Source: a virus. Taken from it: a DNA stretch of 60,156 nt. The stretch covers positions 1 to 60,156 of IMG/VR virus record IMGVR_UViG_3300029805_000006. One strand, 5' to 3'. Below the pieces are notes generated by a model. It did no database searches. It saw only the letters and a list, made by a program, of their open reading frames with translations, and was not told the DNA's origin. This document shows, piece after piece, positions 58,331 through 60,156 of this stretch; the stretch's first letter is position 1; each line of letters opens with the position of its first letter. The position numbers and the translations under genes were made by a program.

Positions 58331-58405
58331 TCCCACTTTGGGTTTGGGTCAAACTTCCGGCAGAAAGATCCGACCGGGCCCGGGCCACTAGGGTAGTTTG
58401 AAGGT

Positions 58406-59716
58406 ATGCAAAGCAACCCAAACACAAACACAGACGAGATCGAAGCTACCCAACTTGAATTCCAGGAGGCCACATATAAGGAGGTCGCCGCTGAGGCCTT
58501 GGAAGAATACCTAAACGGATACAAGAACACAAATCAGAATGATCGCTATCAGGCCCTACGGGACGTTATCGCCACTTGGAAGATGCCCGCTTGGATCATG
58601 CAAGAGGCTCTTTTGAATTGGGCGATTGTGGCAAAGGAAGCTACTCGTGCCTACAAAAAGAACCCGGTTCCTAACTCCACCCGCGCCGATTGGGTTTACA
58701 TTTGGAGCAAGACTTCATGCAGTGGCACGACCGTTATATGGGGCGGATCATCTGTAGACCTGCGCAACCTTCCTTTGCTCTTAGGTTCATGGGGCTCAAT
58801 ATCCTTGTGGGCCAAAATGGCAATGCCCAATGGGCCTTTGGATCTTCCCCTCTTGGACGCTACAGGAGGGAGCGGAATGCGGACCTATGAATACAAGGCC
58901 CCCAAACTTCCGGCAGTAGAGAACGGGCTCCCGGTTCTGAAAGCAGGAATGGCAGATGAAATTGAGATGACTTTTCAGGACGTAATTGACTGGCAAAACA
59001 AGAGCGGGGCTTGCGACGAAGGGACGGTGGAATTCTTCCGATCTATTGGTGTGCATGTTGACGTAGAACACTCTTGGGACGGCTTTGACGGTTGCGTCAA
59101 TTGTGCCTCTGAGGATCCTTGCTTTGACTACGATGAAGAATTGGGAATTGAGAGTATTCAGGACATTGAAGATTTCACTTTCACCCGTGATAATTTAGAC
59201 GATATCCCTAGCGAACACTCTCAATACCGGGAAGGGCTCGAAGAGCTTTTTCTGAATGCAGGAGGCCAATGGGAAGATGCGCCCGAGTGTATCAAAGCGG
59301 TACAAGAGGCCAATCCTGACATAATAAACAAGAAAGGCATCCTGTCTATCGGTGCCACTTTCAAGGCAGATATTCTAGGCCACATTGAGGCCTTGGATTT
59401 GGACGATTGGGATAACACGGAACTTATGGAACTGGCCCTTTCTCTGAATGCCATGGTAGAGCGTTTCTATAGTGCCGGATACCTTCCCCCGATCAAAGGC
59501 ACCCTTGATTACCTAGGGGACGATTGGGAGTTTGACGGGACAGAATTCAAGGACTATGGAATGACCCTTGCACACAACGGTACAGGGTGGACCGTCAACG
59601 GGCATGAGGTACACGCCCAACCTACCAGGAAAGTGGTGTTTGTTCAATCAAGAGGCAGGGACGCTGAGGTAGGGCACTCATTGGACAACATGAATAACGC
59701 CTTGCGCATGGGCTAG
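58406..59716 (+). CDS. hypothetical acidic protein (436 aa), monocistronic
   Basis: ORF track. GAAGG lies 3 nt upstream of the ATG. A strong terminator follows and operator-like repeats precede. Confidence 0.7.
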   Translation: MQSNPNTNTDEIEATQLEFQEATYKEVAAEALEEYLNGYKNTNQNDRYQALRDVIATWKMPAWIMQEALLNWAIVAKEATRAYKKNPVPNSTRADWVYIWSKTSCSGTTVIWGGSSVDLRNLPLLLGSWGSISLWAKMAMPNGPLDLPLLDATGGSGMRTYEYKAPKLPAVENGLPVLKAGMADEIEMTFQDVIDWQNKSGACDEGTVEFFRSIGVHVDVEHSWDGFDGCVNCASEDPCFDYDEELGIESIQDIEDFTFTRDNLDDIPSEHSQYREGLEELFLNAGGQWEDAPECIKAVQEANPDIINKKGILSIGATFKADILGHIEALDLDDWDNTELMELALSLNAMVERFYSAGYLPPIKGTLDYLGDDWEFDGTEFKDYGMTLAHNGTGWTVNGHEVHAQPTRKVVFVQSRGRDAEVGHSLDNMNNALRMG

Positions 59717-59749
59717 GTACACGGTCGCTTTGCAAAGGAGACCTCCAGG

Positions 59750-59796
59750 GAGGCTCTATTCTCACTAAGGGAATAGGGCCTCTTTCTTTTGGTTTT
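59750..59796 (+). terminator. rho-independent terminator
   Basis: 12-bp stem GAGGCTCTATTC / GAATAGGGCCTC (one G:U pair) with a 9-nt loop, then TTTCTTTTGGTTTT. Confidence 0.75.
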
Positions 59797-59836
59797 ACCC
59801 GACCCCACCCGCCAAAGCCGGGTACTCTAAAGCGTT

Positions 59837-59941
59837 ATGAAAAAGTCACTCAAAGCACTCGCCGCACTCGCCGCACTCGCCCTTATCGTTCAAACCCTCG
59901 CACCGTTCTTGTCATTCATGGCTACCCAGGGAGGCCTGTAG
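59837..59941 (+). CDS. small hydrophobic peptide (34 aa)
   Basis: Hand translation gives MKKSLKALAALAALALIVQTLAPFLSFMATQGGL. It contains a 3 x 9-bp repeat (gcactcgcc). Its TAG overlaps the GTG of the next ORF (TAGTG). Confidence 0.3.
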   Translation: MKKSLKALAALAALALIVQTLAPFLSFMATQGGL

Positions 59942-60156
59942 TGGCTCGCTTAGAGAACGTGGCCTTCCCCTCAGGCAGTGTAGAATCAAGGACAACGGAA
60001 GGGCCCTATGTGCTTGTGGCCAAGGGAGAAGGTCAATACAACTTGCATCTGTTAGACCGATCTCAAGACGGACCTCCTATGGTGCTCATGCCCATACTTC
60101 TAACGGGCACAATAGACCAATGCCGCAAGGCTATCGACGCTGTACAGGGAGGCCTG
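59941..60156 (+). CDS. 5' part of a junction-spanning small ORF (72 aa after circularisation; stop at 120-122)
   Basis: The GTG at 59941 is preceded by GGGAGG with a 6-nt spacer. Translation: (M)ARLENVAFPSGSVESRTTEGPYVLVAKGEGQYNLHLLDRSQDGPPMVLMPILLTGTIDQCRKAIDAVQGGL. The ORF track misses it because the window ends before the stop. Confidence 0.4.
   Translation, partial: MARLENVAFPSGSVESRTTEGPYVLVAKGEGQYNLHLLDRSQDGPPMVLMPILLTGTIDQCRKAIDAVQGGL
60038..60156. repeat. 119-bp terminal redundancy, right copy
   Basis: Identical to 1-119. Confidence 0.95.

Noticed and set aside
1-60156. Lysogeny module (integrase, CI-type repressor, attP in the tRNA-like element)
   Set aside because: No tyrosine or serine recombinase motifs and no HTH repressor were recognised in any ORF. 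The tRNA-like elements are therefore not interpreted as attP cores, although a profile search could still overturn this.

Overview
The window is a complete genome of a tailed dsDNA phage. Bases 1-119 are identical to 60038-60156, so the contig closes on itself and the unique length is 60,037 bp. Tail genes are siphovirus-type: tube, G/GT chaperones, a 1342-aa tape measure, and no sheath gene that I can recognise.

Layout:
- Plus-strand block 508-8206: small unknown genes, a ClpP-like protease, a lipoprotein/TM pair and the large terminase.
- An inverted two-gene segment, 8196-9886, carrying the portal.
- Plus-strand structural operon 9977-30892. Head: XkdF-like protease/scaffold, lambda D-like decoration protein and E-like major capsid. 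Tail: an 875-aa cysteine-repeat protein, major tail protein, chaperones with a canonical G GGA AAG -1 frameshift, tape measure and two LamG-like paralogs. It ends with an RcGTA-like distal tail / hub / NlpC-P60 / host-specificity block.
- A long minus-strand block read 57617 -> 30889. It holds early small genes, primase-helicase, a Cas4-like nuclease, SNF2 helicase, family A DNA polymerase, ligase, MazG, dNMP-kinase-like, RuvC-like, class II RNR, a metallophosphoesterase and a 721-aa protein with a (PPVD)n linker.
- One monocistronic plus-strand gene, 58406-59716.

No integrase, repressor, CRISPR array or reverse transcriptase was recognised.

The most unusual items:
- The 12 x 23-aa double-cysteine tandem repeat protein upstream of the major tail gene.
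- An ~830-bp ORF-poor region (45431-46263) with two degenerate tRNA-like cloverleaves, next to a pol-beta/CCA-type nucleotidyltransferase.
- A repeat-dense control region around the genome junction. It holds CTGCCA-N3-TGGCAG palindromes at two loci, 24-bp iterons and a 77-bp near-perfect hairpin.
- A chain of small translationally coupled ORFs that crosses the assembly junction.

Functional calls rest on motifs read by eye and on recalled family signatures. No searches were run.
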